A DNA stretch of 64,000 nucleotides from Chlorokybus atmophyticus (lineage: Eukaryota > Plantae > Mesostigma and Chlorokybus algae). Positions 1-11,351 of the stretch are shown piece after piece. The stretch covers positions 186,001 through 250,000 of the forward strand of contig RHPI01001737.1 in the NCBI GenBank assembly GCA_009103225.1, in the 5' to 3' direction. Under the pieces are notes generated by a model, which was not told the origin of the DNA, ran no database searches, and saw only the letters and a list, made by a program, of their open reading frames with translations. Made by a program: the position numbers and the translations under genes. How positions within the stretch are numbered: position 1 is the first letter of the stretch; each line of letters starts with the position of its first letter.

Positions 1-145
1 GCGCGGAGCCGGCGCAGCGCACCTGCAGCAGGTTGGCGCCTCGGCACCCCAGCACCCGGGCGACGTGCTGGCCCTCATCAGGTCGTGGCTCTGGGCACCC
101 CGCCACGACGCCCGCCGCCACGTGCTTCCGACCCTTCCCGCCCAT
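1..145 (-). CDS. EIF1AD: EIF1AD-like (eIF1A/S1-domain RNA-binding protein), first exon; gene runs off the window start
   Basis: ATG at 145 on minus gives MGGKGRKHVAAGVVAGCPEPRPDEGQHVARVLGCRGANLLQ, followed by a probable GT donor at 22. It resembles the EIF1AD N-terminus (GRK...V..LRG.NL.EV). Too short to appear in the ORF track. Confidence 0.72.
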   Translation of the reverse strand, partial: MGGKGRKHVAAGVVAGCPEPRPDEGQHVARVLGCRGANLLQVRCAGSA

Positions 146-425
146 GCCTGCGTCCACCTGGCCTCGTCGTGGATGCCGCCGCCGCCGCCGCCGCTCCGCT
201 GAACCCTAGCAGGGGGACGAAGCGGCGGGCGCCACGTGTAGGGCCTAGTGGACGCCGTCACTTAAGGCAGTTCATCAGGCGGCGGCGGCGGGGGTGTGCT
301 GCCTTGGCAGTGAATGACCGGCGGCCTCTCCTCCATCGCCGCACACGCAGCAGGAGAGCGGCTGCGGCTTGGTTCAGTCCTGCCTTGCGGCGCGCGCAGG
401 GTGTGTGTGTGTGTCATCCGCCGCC

Positions 426-3381
426 ATGTCCGACCCCACGCCGAGAGAAAGGTGTGAGAAACAGGCAACAAACGCGAAAACACGCACGCACATGTCATCT
501 TGGGCATGCGTTGGCTGTGCGCAGTGCTGGTTTGTTGTCACACTTGCAATTCCCCGGCGCACCACGCCGGCGCGACGACCCTTGCGCCAGCTGTGTTGAT
601 GACATGCAGGCTGCATGGTCACACCGCCAATGTGCAGGACGTTATGGCATCGATGAGATTGGTTACACCTACAAGTGTCTGTTACCATTTGCAATTGCAC
701 CAGGCATGTTTAGCTCAGTGCCCTCACTGTGCTCTCTGCCTTCCCCCTCTTTGCTGTAATCAGCACCCACTGTGTAATTATGCGCAGGAAGAAGCGCAAG
801 TGGGACGTGCCTGCTCCCGGGGTGGTGACCGCGCCCCTCGCTGGTGTGGTGCAGCCGCAGGCCGGGCAGGCTGCGGCCATCATACAGAAGATCAACGCGG
901 AGCTGGCGGCGAGGGGACTGCTGGGGGCCATCAAAGAGGACGTGCCGCCGCGCGAGATCGTCATCAACGACGCTGACCCCGCACTACGCTACCACCTCAC
1001 AAAACGCACAACCCAAGAGGATGTCAGTGCCTTTTGCTCTCACTCGCTCTCTCTTGTACTCTCGCTCACACACGCGCACGTGCACACACACATGCGCGCG
1101 CAGAGCGGTTGCAGCTCGCTCAATCACCATGCTTCGTTGCTCAACATATTGCTTTTGCTGTCTCTCTGGCTGTGCAGATTCAGAGCCGCACAAACACGGT
1201 TGTCATTACCAGGTGTGGGGCTCGTCTCGTAACTTGACTCTGCTGCTGTGCTGGGGGTGTCCTCTGCGGCTTCCCATTGCTGGCATGGCAGTCATCATCA
1301 TCTTCACCTTGTGTGTCAATGTGATCACCATGCTGCAGGGGCCGGTATCGGCCACCGGGTGCTCCTCCCGACCCTCTCGGCGAGAAGCCGCTCCACCTGC
1401 ATGTATCTGCCAGTGCCGCGGTCAGTGAGCACCCACCCACACTGTTGCTTCATTGCATGCGTAGTGAAGACCCTGTCACCTTCCTACACTGTGTCAGCAC
1501 CCATGCTGAATGCGTGCGACATTGTCGTCACTGTTCTGCCCAGCTGGCAGATGATGAGAGCAAGAAGCGCGCCATAGACGCGGCCGTGGAGGTGATTGAT
1601 GGCATCCTCAACTCGAAGAAGTCTCCTCAAGGAACGCCCATGGGCGTTCCCATGCCGCCAACTGCTCCCCGCAGCCTCACGCGGGTGGTGAACGTGGCGC
1701 TGCAGGTGGAGCCTGAGTACAACCTGGCCGCCAAGGTCCGCGGGCCGGGGGACTCGTACATCCGCCACATCAGCCACGAGACGGGCGCGGCCATCGTGCT
1801 GCGGGGCCAAGGCTCCGGCAACCATCCCGAGAGCCCCGAACCCCTGCACCTTGTCGTGTCCTGCCCCCACGCCAAGGGCATTGCAGACGCCATACAGCTC
1901 GTGGAGAACCTCCTGCAGACTGTCTACACCGAATACCATCGCTCCAGGTTTGCTTTCTTACGTCCACTGTACATGCCCAACTGAAGGCATTGTGGGGTAC
2001 GTTGTTTCATCTTACCACTATATGCAGGGTTGGTGCTGGCAGCGGCGCAACGTATCCACAACCATCGCCAGCCAGCGCGGTGCCGCCAACCGCAGCCTAC
2101 CCTCCTCCTTATGGCGGAGGTTACGGCGCTTATCCACCCTACGGTGCTGCGCCATATGCCCCCGTCCCGTACGGTTACGTCCCGTACCCGCCACCAGGAG
2201 GAGCCTACTACCCCCCCGCAGCTCCCTACGCGCAAGCCCCTGGCGCCGGCACCATCTCAGCACAGGCGTACGCACCCTCCTCGGCGATGACGTCTTCAAG
2301 CGCTGTTGCCGCCGTAGTCAACAGCCGGCCCGGATCTGCGGGCGACGCCAACAGCGGGAGGACGTATCTGGCCATACCGCCCCCGCCATCCTACACTGCC
2401 GATGCTGCTGCCGTGCAGCAGCTGAAGGAGGACGACGGGGCCTCCTCGCCCGTTGCGCAGAACCAGCCGCAGCCACCGAGCCCGCCGCCAGTCTCTCCCA
2501 CAGCAGGGGCAGCAAGCCAGCAGCAGCAGCAACAGCAGCGCCGACGGCGCTTTGTAGAGTTCAAGGAGCAGCCAGCCTCTTCCAGACCAGCACAGGTGGG
2601 ACTCTCACTATGTCCTCGCATGACCAAGCACTCCAAAGTACTATGCTGCTGTGTCGCAGGGTTGTATTGGGCTTGATAGGGCTTCATGGTTATGGCCTGT
2701 GCGTTGTTCGTCCCTTTGTGTCTACTGATGTGCACTCCATGCGCTAGCATTGTTTAGTCTCCATTGCCTGCCCATGCTGGGGCCCGCTGACCTGTTGACC
2801 CCGTTTCCCTGTTGTGCCAGGTATCTCTCTCTCTGTGTCTTGTACTTCTCAACATCTGGCAGGGCACGCTCGCGTGGGGAGCCATGGAGTGCTGACTCTT
2901 TCCGTTTGTAACTTTCCGCTGTTTGCTGTGTTGTCATTGCGTTGCATTGCAGGCTGTTGGTGACGCATCCCCTCCACGAACCAACGGTAAGACTCCAGCC
3001 GCAACAGCAGGTAACAACACGAGCTCCGCATCGTTCATGCCCCCGCCACCACCAGTCAAGCGAACATCACCCCCTGCAGCGGATGCTACAGCTGCTCCTC
3101 CCGCTGGTGAGTGGGTCGGCTAGTGGGTGCACAGTCCACAGCCAGTCTCATTGTTCTGCTCTTTGATTGCCATGACGCAGATGTATCGGTTGTGTACAGG
3201 AGGTGGGGCTGCCTTGCCGTTGGTAGACTATGGCAGTGATGACGATGGGGACGGTCACGGGCATCGCGAAAGTGCAGCAAATGACAGTGGCAACCGCGTG
3301 ATGTTCACAGGCAAAGATGAACATTTGTCTCCACCCCGCGGCAACCAGCAGTTCAAGCCGTTCTGGGCATTGCACAAGTAG
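426..3381 (+). CDS. RIK: RIK/KHDC4-like KH-domain RNA-binding protein (multi-exon)
   Basis: Splicing 426-451 to 788 gives MSDPTPRERKKRKWD. Later exons give REIVINDAD...RYHLTKRTTQ, RGRYRPPGAPPDPLGEKPLHLHV, a KH-like YNLAAKVRGPGDSYIRHISHETGAAIVLRGQGSG...EPLHL, a Pro/Tyr-rich region and a C-terminal LVDYGSDDD...KPFWALHK* (TAG at 3379-3381). Introns are GT-AG. Confidence 0.85.
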
Positions 3382-4034
3382 CGACAGTGCAGCTGTTGTG
3401 CAATAAACAGAGCAATGACAACTGTGCGTAAGCTTCTGACTGCTATCTACTCTACTCTGCGATTGCTTATCATGCAGCCTTGAGAGCGTACACAACATGC
3501 GGAGTTTCATGGCCCATGCGCAGTGTGTGCAAAAGAGGCGCAGGGAATGTGCATGGGTGTGCGCTGGAACAGCAGAGCGATGAATGCTGGTCGCGCTGGT
3601 ACGAAACTATGGGTTGCACAAGCATCACAGTGTAGCTGTGCAGTGGGCAACACATAAGCGTCTGCATGACAGGGCTTCAAGTGCTCTGGCCAGCCAACTG
3701 CCGTCAATATTGTTATCAACTGACTGAATGCAGGACTGTCTGTGCAGTTCACACTGTCTAGTCAGAACTGCAGCACCAAAGAAGTGTCGATGGCAGCACA
3801 GATAGCAGCAGTCCGCCACTGTGTGGCGCAGTGCAGGGCATTCGAAATGATGATGCCTAGTGTCCAAAAAGTGTGTCATGGCAAAGCGGACAGCCCAGTC
3901 CACAACAGCTGCTGTGTTGTTTGCCACTTCTTGCTGGGCAGGACGACCGCCGAAGCCGCTGCAGGCACACCCAGTAACACGTTGCGCTGCGCTCATCTCC
4001 CCACCATATTAATTCAGCCCAACAGCCTCCTTGA

Positions 4035-5728
4035 TCAGTCAACATAGATGACAACGCGCTGGTCATGGGCGACGACGTCTCCGAGGTCGATGGCACGTGA
4101 GATGCCTGCGTTGCCCGCAAGGATGGCGCGTGCCGCCTCGGGGTCAACGACCAGGATCATGCCGATGCCGCAGTTGAACGTCTTGAGCATCTCTGCGTCG
4201 TCAATGCCTCGTCCCGGCGCGGCGGACTGCAGCCACCTGAACACGGGTGGCAGTTCCCACGCGGATCTTCGCACGCGCGCGGCCACGCCCTCGGGTAGCA
4301 CGCGCGGTAGGTTCTCCGTGATCCCGCCTCCCGTGATGTGCGCGGCGCCCTTCACGCCCACGCGCTCCGCCGCCGCCAGCACCTCGTTGACGTAGATGAT
4401 GGTTGGTTCCAGCAGCGCGCTCCCGATGTCTTTGCCGTTTTCTGAACCCGGCAGCGGGTCGCGCAGGGACGCCCCGCTCTCCTTGACCACGCGACGGATG
4501 AGGGAGTAGCCGTTGGAGTGCGGGCCGGAAGACGGGAGACCGATCAGCTTGTCGCCCGCACGGATGCGCGAGCCGTCGATCAGCCGGTCCTTCCTCACCG
4601 CACCCACAGCAAAACCGCTCAGGTCGTACTCGTCCGGCGAATAAAAACCGGGCATCTCAGCCGTCTGCGCACGCATGTCGTGTGTTTGGCGTACGTATTG
4701 GCATGCATGTGCGTGTGCGGGCGCGTGTATGTGCATATGCTGTACCTCTCCGCCGAGTAGCTTGCAGTCGCACTGGTTGCAGCCGTCGACGATGCCCTTG
4801 ATGACGAGCTCCGCGCGGTCGACGTCCAGGGCGGACGTGGCAAAGTAGTCGAGGAAGAACAGCGGCCTGGCGCCAGACGTCACAATGTCGTTCACGGACA
4901 TGGCCACCAGGTCGATGCCGATCGTGTCGTGACGGTCCATCTCGAAAGCGAGCTTCAGCTTCGTGCCCACACCGTCCGTACCAGCAACCAGATAGTGATC
5001 ACCTGCGCATATGCATCCCCACCGTATCATGCACAGCTACTACGAGCGTTGTCGCACTTAATATGACATGCTGCTGTACACGAATGTTGCTGTGTGCACA
5101 GCGAGACAAACATGCGTGCATGGGTGTATCTACCAGCACACCTGTACTGCTGTGTGCACAAGCGACCTGAACATGCATGTGTGTATTGACTAGCACAACG
5201 GCAACTGCACGTGCTTTTGCATTGCCACCATGCCAACCACCATCGCTGGGCATCGTTACACTTGCTAACGTCATGTACTGATGCGTGCGACTGAGATTTT
5301 TGTGCACGTCTGACACGATGACTACGCATAAATGCATGAGCAGCATGTAGTCTGACAAGCAACGTACCAAAGGGGAAGAGGCCTCCGAATCCGCCAATGT
5401 CGGGGTTCATCTTGGCAATGCGTCGCACGAGCTCCGCACCGGCGTCGATGTCCACCCCCGCCTCCTTGTATGTCAGCCCCTTGCTGCCGCCTCCGCCCTG
5501 CTGCCCTGCCGCCTCCGCCGCCATCGCAACGCACGCCTGCTGCCGCGGACCAGGGGCGGACGGACGCCATGCAACCCTCTGCGCAACAATTTTTCTCCTG
5601 CTGCTGCTGCTGCTGCTCGGCCTGACCGTCATATCGACCTTCGCGCATGGCGCTGATGCCAGCGATGTCGCCGCCACTGCCGAAGCCGAGGAGGAGCAGC
5701 ACGCCATTGCGGCTGCGATGATAGCCAT
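4035..5728 (-). CDS. purM: Phosphoribosylformylglycinamidine cyclo-ligase (AIR synthase), organelle-targeted; exons 5728-5368, 5002-4746, 4664-4035
   Basis: Motifs LTYKEAGVDIDAG, GGFGGLF, GTDGVGTKLK, GIDLVAMSVND, LFFLDYFAT, GGETAEMPG, SSGPHSNGYSL, AHITGGG, TFNCGIGM. Ser/Ala-rich transit peptide. The start Met could be 5728 or 5707. Confidence 0.95.
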
Positions 5729-5890
5729 GCAGCCCGCAGGCCGAGCCTTCGCCTCGACTACTACTACTACTACCGCCGCATGACGGAGATAGTGAAGCTG
5801 CTGGTTCAAGTCTGCGTCTGAAGAAGGAGTAGCGCTTTGGTCTTGGGATCGTACGGAGGCGGTGGTGGAGTTGGCGGAGACGAACACCAC

Positions 5891-5921
<31 letters not shown>

Positions 5922-6127
5922 TGCTGCTGCAGGTGCGACTGTAGCTGAGCTTTGCATCACTCTCGCGGCAAACAGTCCGATCGGGGTTGGAAAGCAAACC
6001 CCCTGAGATTGCGGTTTACGGGTTGAACCGATCCGAGTTTGATCCATTGTCATCTGCGGACTGCCACGCGCAGGCAGCATTCCCTCAAGATCAAGCGGCG
6101 GAGGCGGAGGCGGTGGCGGTGGTGGGA

Positions 6128-7287
6128 ATGGCTCGCTTACTGCTGCTGCTGCTGCCGCTGGTGTTGACCGCAGCCCTGCTGGCGGTAGCACCGTCCTGCT
6201 CGGCGGCTGCCTCACATCGCTCCCTGCTGCTGCGCTCGCAGGCAAGGGCGATCTCTCAACCATCTCAACGCCCAAAACACCTGGTGCAGCCATGACTGCG
6301 CTGGATGGCCTGATGACTGATACGAGAGAATATGGCAGGAGGATGCGGGTGGTGGTGACGAGGAGTCTTGCGGTCCGAGCGAGTCGGTGGAGACGCCCGC
6401 ATGCAAGGTGGCTTCGCACAAGCGCGGCTACGAGCTGCGCGTGTACCCCGCAGGACAGATGTGGGCAGGTACACCGCGGTAAATAAAGAGTGATTGCATG
6501 GCAATGGGAACACTGCAAATAGGCGATGCTGGAAGCACGCATGCATGCGTGCTTCCAGCATCCTATACTAGCTGGCTAGTTAGTGCAGAGTAACACCAAG
6601 CCCCGTGTTTCTACTCTTACGCTACTCACACCACTGCACAGACAGCACCATACTAGTAGTGTAGTGTGCACACCTATGCATCTGTCCTTGGCAATGAACA
6701 CAACACATCATGCACGCGCACTCGGGGATGTGTGACTGGTTTGATATTTGCGCGCAGAGACTGTTGTGAGCGGTGAGTCTCACCGTTCTGCGATGCGCAC
6801 CGGCTTCTACCGCTGCTTCCACTACATCAGCGGTGAGAACAGCCGCGGCGAGAAGATCCCCATGACCGCCCCCGTCAAGGTCACCCCTCTCCACAACACC
6901 ACCACCACCACCACCAACAACAACAACAACGCCATCGCCACCTCCTACTCCATCTCCTTCTTCGTCCCCAGCAAGTACTCCTCCCTTGACGACGTCCCCG
7001 AACCCACCGACCCTCTCGTCAAGATCGTTCTACAAAAAACCAAGTCCGTCAAGGCCGTGCTCGGGCCGTTTGGGGGTTTCCCCGGTGAGAGCGACTACGA
7101 GGCTAAGGCGCAGGAGCTCGCGGACATGCTCGACAACGACGGCGTCAAGTACGACCGCGAATCTCTTGTTGAGGCGGGGTACAGCAGCCCGTTTACGCTC
7201 GTCAACAGACACCAGGAAGTGTGGTTTGACGTTGTCGCGCACGGCGCGGGTGGAGAAGATGCCCAGCCGCTTGCAGCTGACAGCTGA
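6128..7287 (+). CDS. SOUL heme-binding family protein with signal peptide
   Basis: MARLLLLLLPLVLTAALLAV signal peptide; ETPACKV...GYELRVYP; GFYRCFHYISGENSRGEKIPMTAPV; ISFFVPSKY; AGYSSPFTLVNRHQEVW. Confidence 0.85.
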
Positions 7288-8950
7288 GCACGCAGTGTTC
7301 CAGCTAGGTTTTGTGTAGCATCAGGCACTGTGATGCGCAGTTGTAGTTCGTGTTGGACACTGATGGCAGGTGTGATGAGTAACATCTGCGTCATAGTCTT
7401 GCCCCCGATGGCGTGCCTGCATCTCCTTGCAGAAGGTCGAACATCGCGAAGCTAGGTGGTCTTGTCACATGCATTGCGGGGCCCTGGGCACTGCTACCAC
7501 TGCTATTACCGCCTAGTACTGACCTGCCCACCCATCTTAACCCCGGCGGTCACCAGCCCTGCCTGTCTGCCTACCTGCTATGCTTGTCTCATGGTTGGGC
7601 ACGCACCTACCTGTCGCAAGTTCATGGTGTGGTTTGATGTAGAGGCCATGCATTGAGTCTTGCCACAGTGTCTGCGCATGCATTGCGTGCACTCCAGCTG
7701 AATGGTGACAAGTGATCGGTACGAGAGGTTGTAACACAAAGGTGTTGACTTGACGTGCACTCGAGTTTGTGCCATCATGACCAATCAGTTCCGCGATGCT
7801 CGTCATCTCAGTCTCGTCGATGGCCTGCGCGCCTTCCGCCAGCTTGCGTGGCGCCCGCGCTGAAGAAACCATAAGAGAGGCAAGGACTGACGAGGCGTGT
7901 TGGTTGAGACAGCAGGGACAACATCTCAGCTGTGCATGTGTGCATATGTGCACTTGTGCGTCACTACAACAACCATTGTACTGTCAAAACGTCCGGGCTT
8001 GTATCTCACAACGTCGCAACCAAGCACACAGCAACTGCAGTTGGGGAGTTTACGGCGTGCTCTGTGTGCGAGGGATGCCCCAACTCAACTCCCTCGCCAA
8101 CCATTCGCAGCGGACGCCCAGTGGTGGAATGCGATAATAATAGTCAAGGCATCAACTACTGTGACTGCTCACGCGCGCACCCGCGTATGCACGCACGGTC
8201 TGAGTGACTGGGAAATGGGTAAGACTAAACTCCGTGTGATAGCTTTGGTCTGTGCGGAGAGATCTCAAGCGCAAAGTCCAGCACAGCACGCCACCGATGC
8301 TGCCATCGCCAGGTGAGGTTTACTGACAAACATGCGGCACTATGCAAAAGGGGTTCACCCCATGTCACAATCAACCGGATCTCTCTCGCAGGGCACGCTC
8401 CTCTATTGCACACCGCGGGCAACGGGGGAGGGCAGGACGAGAATGTGATAGTGAGGAGGAGCGACTGGCGCTTGAGCACGAGCACAAGGAGATGGCGGCT
8501 CCGACGGCGCATCTGGGAGGCTGCGTCTGCGCGGGCGTGCAGCCTGCTGCCTCCCTCTTCATTGCACGTAGTGCTACATATTTTGCACGTGCACATGTGC
8601 GCACGCGCGCGCGCATGCATGCGTGCGCAGGTCTGCATGGGTGTGTTGCTGAAGCTCAGAGGTCAACATCACGACCATTCTCTTGAGTACAAACAGTTCA
8701 CACAATGGAGTGTGGTCAATGTTGCGTCATGGGTGCTAGAACCCACGTATTTCGCTCGACCATTGTAATTGGCGACACACTGTATGTTTATTACGCTGAG
8801 TCTTGCAAACAAATCCATGGCATCGACTTTGGAAGTATTACCACGGGCGCATGCACGCCACTGGGACCACCTCACATTGCCAGGCTCGCGCACACTAGAC
8901 GACATCCCAAGCCAAGGGGATGATCAGCCGCGAATGGCGGAACGCAATGC

Positions 8951-10073
8951 TCACTTTGATATGTCCGCCATGAGGTTGGCCATCTCGATCTGCAAGCGCA
9001 TGAACCCTCGTTAGTCACAATCTCAGTGCACGCCATGTCTCACCAGAAGCAGGCCACAAGCTCACCGCCGTGATGGCCGCTTCCGCCCCCTTGTTGCCCG
9101 CTTTGCCGCCTGCTCTGTCGATAGCCTGCCCAGTCCAGTCTCAAGTCACATGCACAACCCTTGCGGTCTCAAGCTGTAAGAACAGCACACATCAACGGCT
9201 CGATGCCCACCCACCTGTTCCATGTTGTCGCAGGTCAAGACGCCGAATATGACGGGAACACCTGCCAGGCAACATTACTCATCGTCAGTACAACCACATG
9301 CAAGCAAGCAAGCAAGCCCCACATGTGTTGCGTTGCTCACCGGTCTTGAGCGATGCGTTGAGGATGCCGCTCGCCGCATTGCCGGCCACGGCGTCATAGT
9401 GCGTGGTCGCACCTCGGATCTGCCCGTGACAACACCATCATCATCAACACTGTCATCATCACAAACATCCAAGGCAGGCTTCGCACATGGCCGTCGCGCG
9501 CACTCACCACGGCGCCGATGCAGATGACGGCGTCGAACTTGCCCAGCTCCGCCAGGCGCTGCGCCACAACAGGGATCTCAAAGCTGCCGGGAACGTGATA
9601 CACCTACGCACCATATGGCATTGGTCATGTCCACGTTCAATGACAGCTGCGGCACAGCGTGTTTCAAGTCCTGTCGAAACAGCGTGTGTCACACGCACCT
9701 CCACGTCCTTGTCTTCGTCGACGCCGTACCGCACCAGCGCGGTGATGGCGCCTTGCGCGAGCGGCTTCGTGATGATCTCGTTGAACCTAGCCACAACCTG
9801 CAACCGCCACGCAGGGGTTGTTGTTTGTTGGCATCGCACCAGACCGCGTGCACGCATGCACGCACGCGCACGTGCCATCGCATGCACGCTCTGCTCCTCA
9901 TCGCCCCTTGGCCTTACCAGTGCGAATCGTCGTCCCTTGCCCGAGATGGACCCCTCGTGCTCTTGTGCAGCGCAACGCGTACTGCTCGGGGTGCGCCGAT
10001 GTGCTGATCGTTGTTGCCGACTTGAGCTTTGTCTGATGAGGAGTGGCGTCGGTGCAGCGCGCGGGTGCAACAA
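8951..10073 (-). CDS. ribH: 6,7-dimethyl-8-ribityllumazine synthase, plastid type (multi-exon; start codon not resolved, probably upstream of 10073)
   Basis: Spliced reading EHEGSISGKGRRFAL|VVARFNEIITKPL...|VYHVPGSFEIPVVAQ...FDAVICIGAV|IRGATTHYDAVAGNAASG...|GVPVIFGVLTCDNMEQ|AIDRAGGKAGNKGAEAAITA|IEMANLMADISK*, with the stop at 8951-8953. Confidence 0.92.
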
Positions 10074-11351
10074 GGAGGAGAGGGACGCTTGGCTTCCTGC
10101 TGTGAGGCAACATCAACTGTGTGTCAGATGGTCATGTGAGCAGACGACCTACTGGCGGGGAGTGGGGACAACACACCACCACCCCTCGACAGCTGCAGTA
10201 TACAAAGCCAGGCACGTCGTCACGATGACGCGTCAATGCCCGCGCGCCCATTTTGCGAATGCATGAGGCCGAAACAACGCTCGATGCAATGGCATGCTTC
10301 AGTTGAGTCTAGCAACTCCATGCCAACATGACTGACGGGGGTAGCGCTGATGCGGGCAAGTATGCAAAAACAAGAACACAGACTCCAACGCACTGTCTTG
10401 GCTGATCGCCACACCACACGAAACAGCAGCGATGTATGCCAACGTATGTGTTGCAAGGGCGCATCACCAGCACATTGAAGCACGCACGCAGGTCACGCGT
10501 CATGCACACAACACACCCTGACAGTAGCAACGTACACCCGCACGCGCGAGATAGCAACCTCAACTACGGACATTATTGCGCTACAGTGCTGATCAGAGAC
10601 CGTACTGGTGGGAAGCATCGACAAAGACGTAGCTAGCTCTTGATCGCTGCACATGCTGGTGCTGCTTGCACTTGTTGCACGCTATCCGCAAGCAACGACA
10701 TGATGATTGTGCGTGTGTCAAACACAACGTGCATTGAACGACACATACGAAACACTGTCGCCAGCAGTGAGTCGGCATTGTGCATTGCACATACCCCACT
10801 GCGTAGCGGGCTTAAGGATAATTCTCTGGAGATGCTGTTTCAGAGGGTGATCATAAGAAAGGACGAACAAAGTACGAAACCAACTTCTACCGCTCATTGC
10901 ATGAGCGACTCAGCTGCTGCCTCTTCGTCTTGGATCTTGAATTTCTTGAACCAATGCATCAGCCAACAACATGCGTCTCACCCCTGGGTGTGCAGGCGGC
11001 GGACCTGCTGCTATATATACTCAGCTGGCGCGGCACCCTCACGTAGCCATGCCGAGCGGCGACGGCCTGCTGCACACCCACCACACCGCTCGCCGCCGCC
11101 GCCGCCATGGCTGTGTGTGTGTTTTATCCGCCAACACATGTGACCGCCAACGCCGGCTAAGTCTGGACTCTCCTCCTTGACCGAGATAAGATCTCTCAGA
11201 AGGAGGGGAAAGCAAGCCGTTACCGGGTTTGCCTGACGTGTGTTTTAACCGGGGATTCAGACGGATTGCTTCACAGCATTTTCTGTTTGCGCTTGCCACC
11301 ACCACCTTGCAGTTGCAGCTGTTGCTGTCGTCGTCGTCGTCGTCCGTCAGG

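Noticed and set aside
85-759. 224-aa plus-strand ORF and similar long GC-rich ORFs (for example 5322-6542 minus, 1851-2747 plus)
   Set aside because: They are shadow frames overlapping promoters, introns or exons of identified spliced genes and have no recognisable motifs.
7625-7656. Alternative last exon of SOUL (VWFDVEAMH echoing VWFDVVAHG)
   Set aside because: The match is very short, with no suitable donor or further homology; probably chance.
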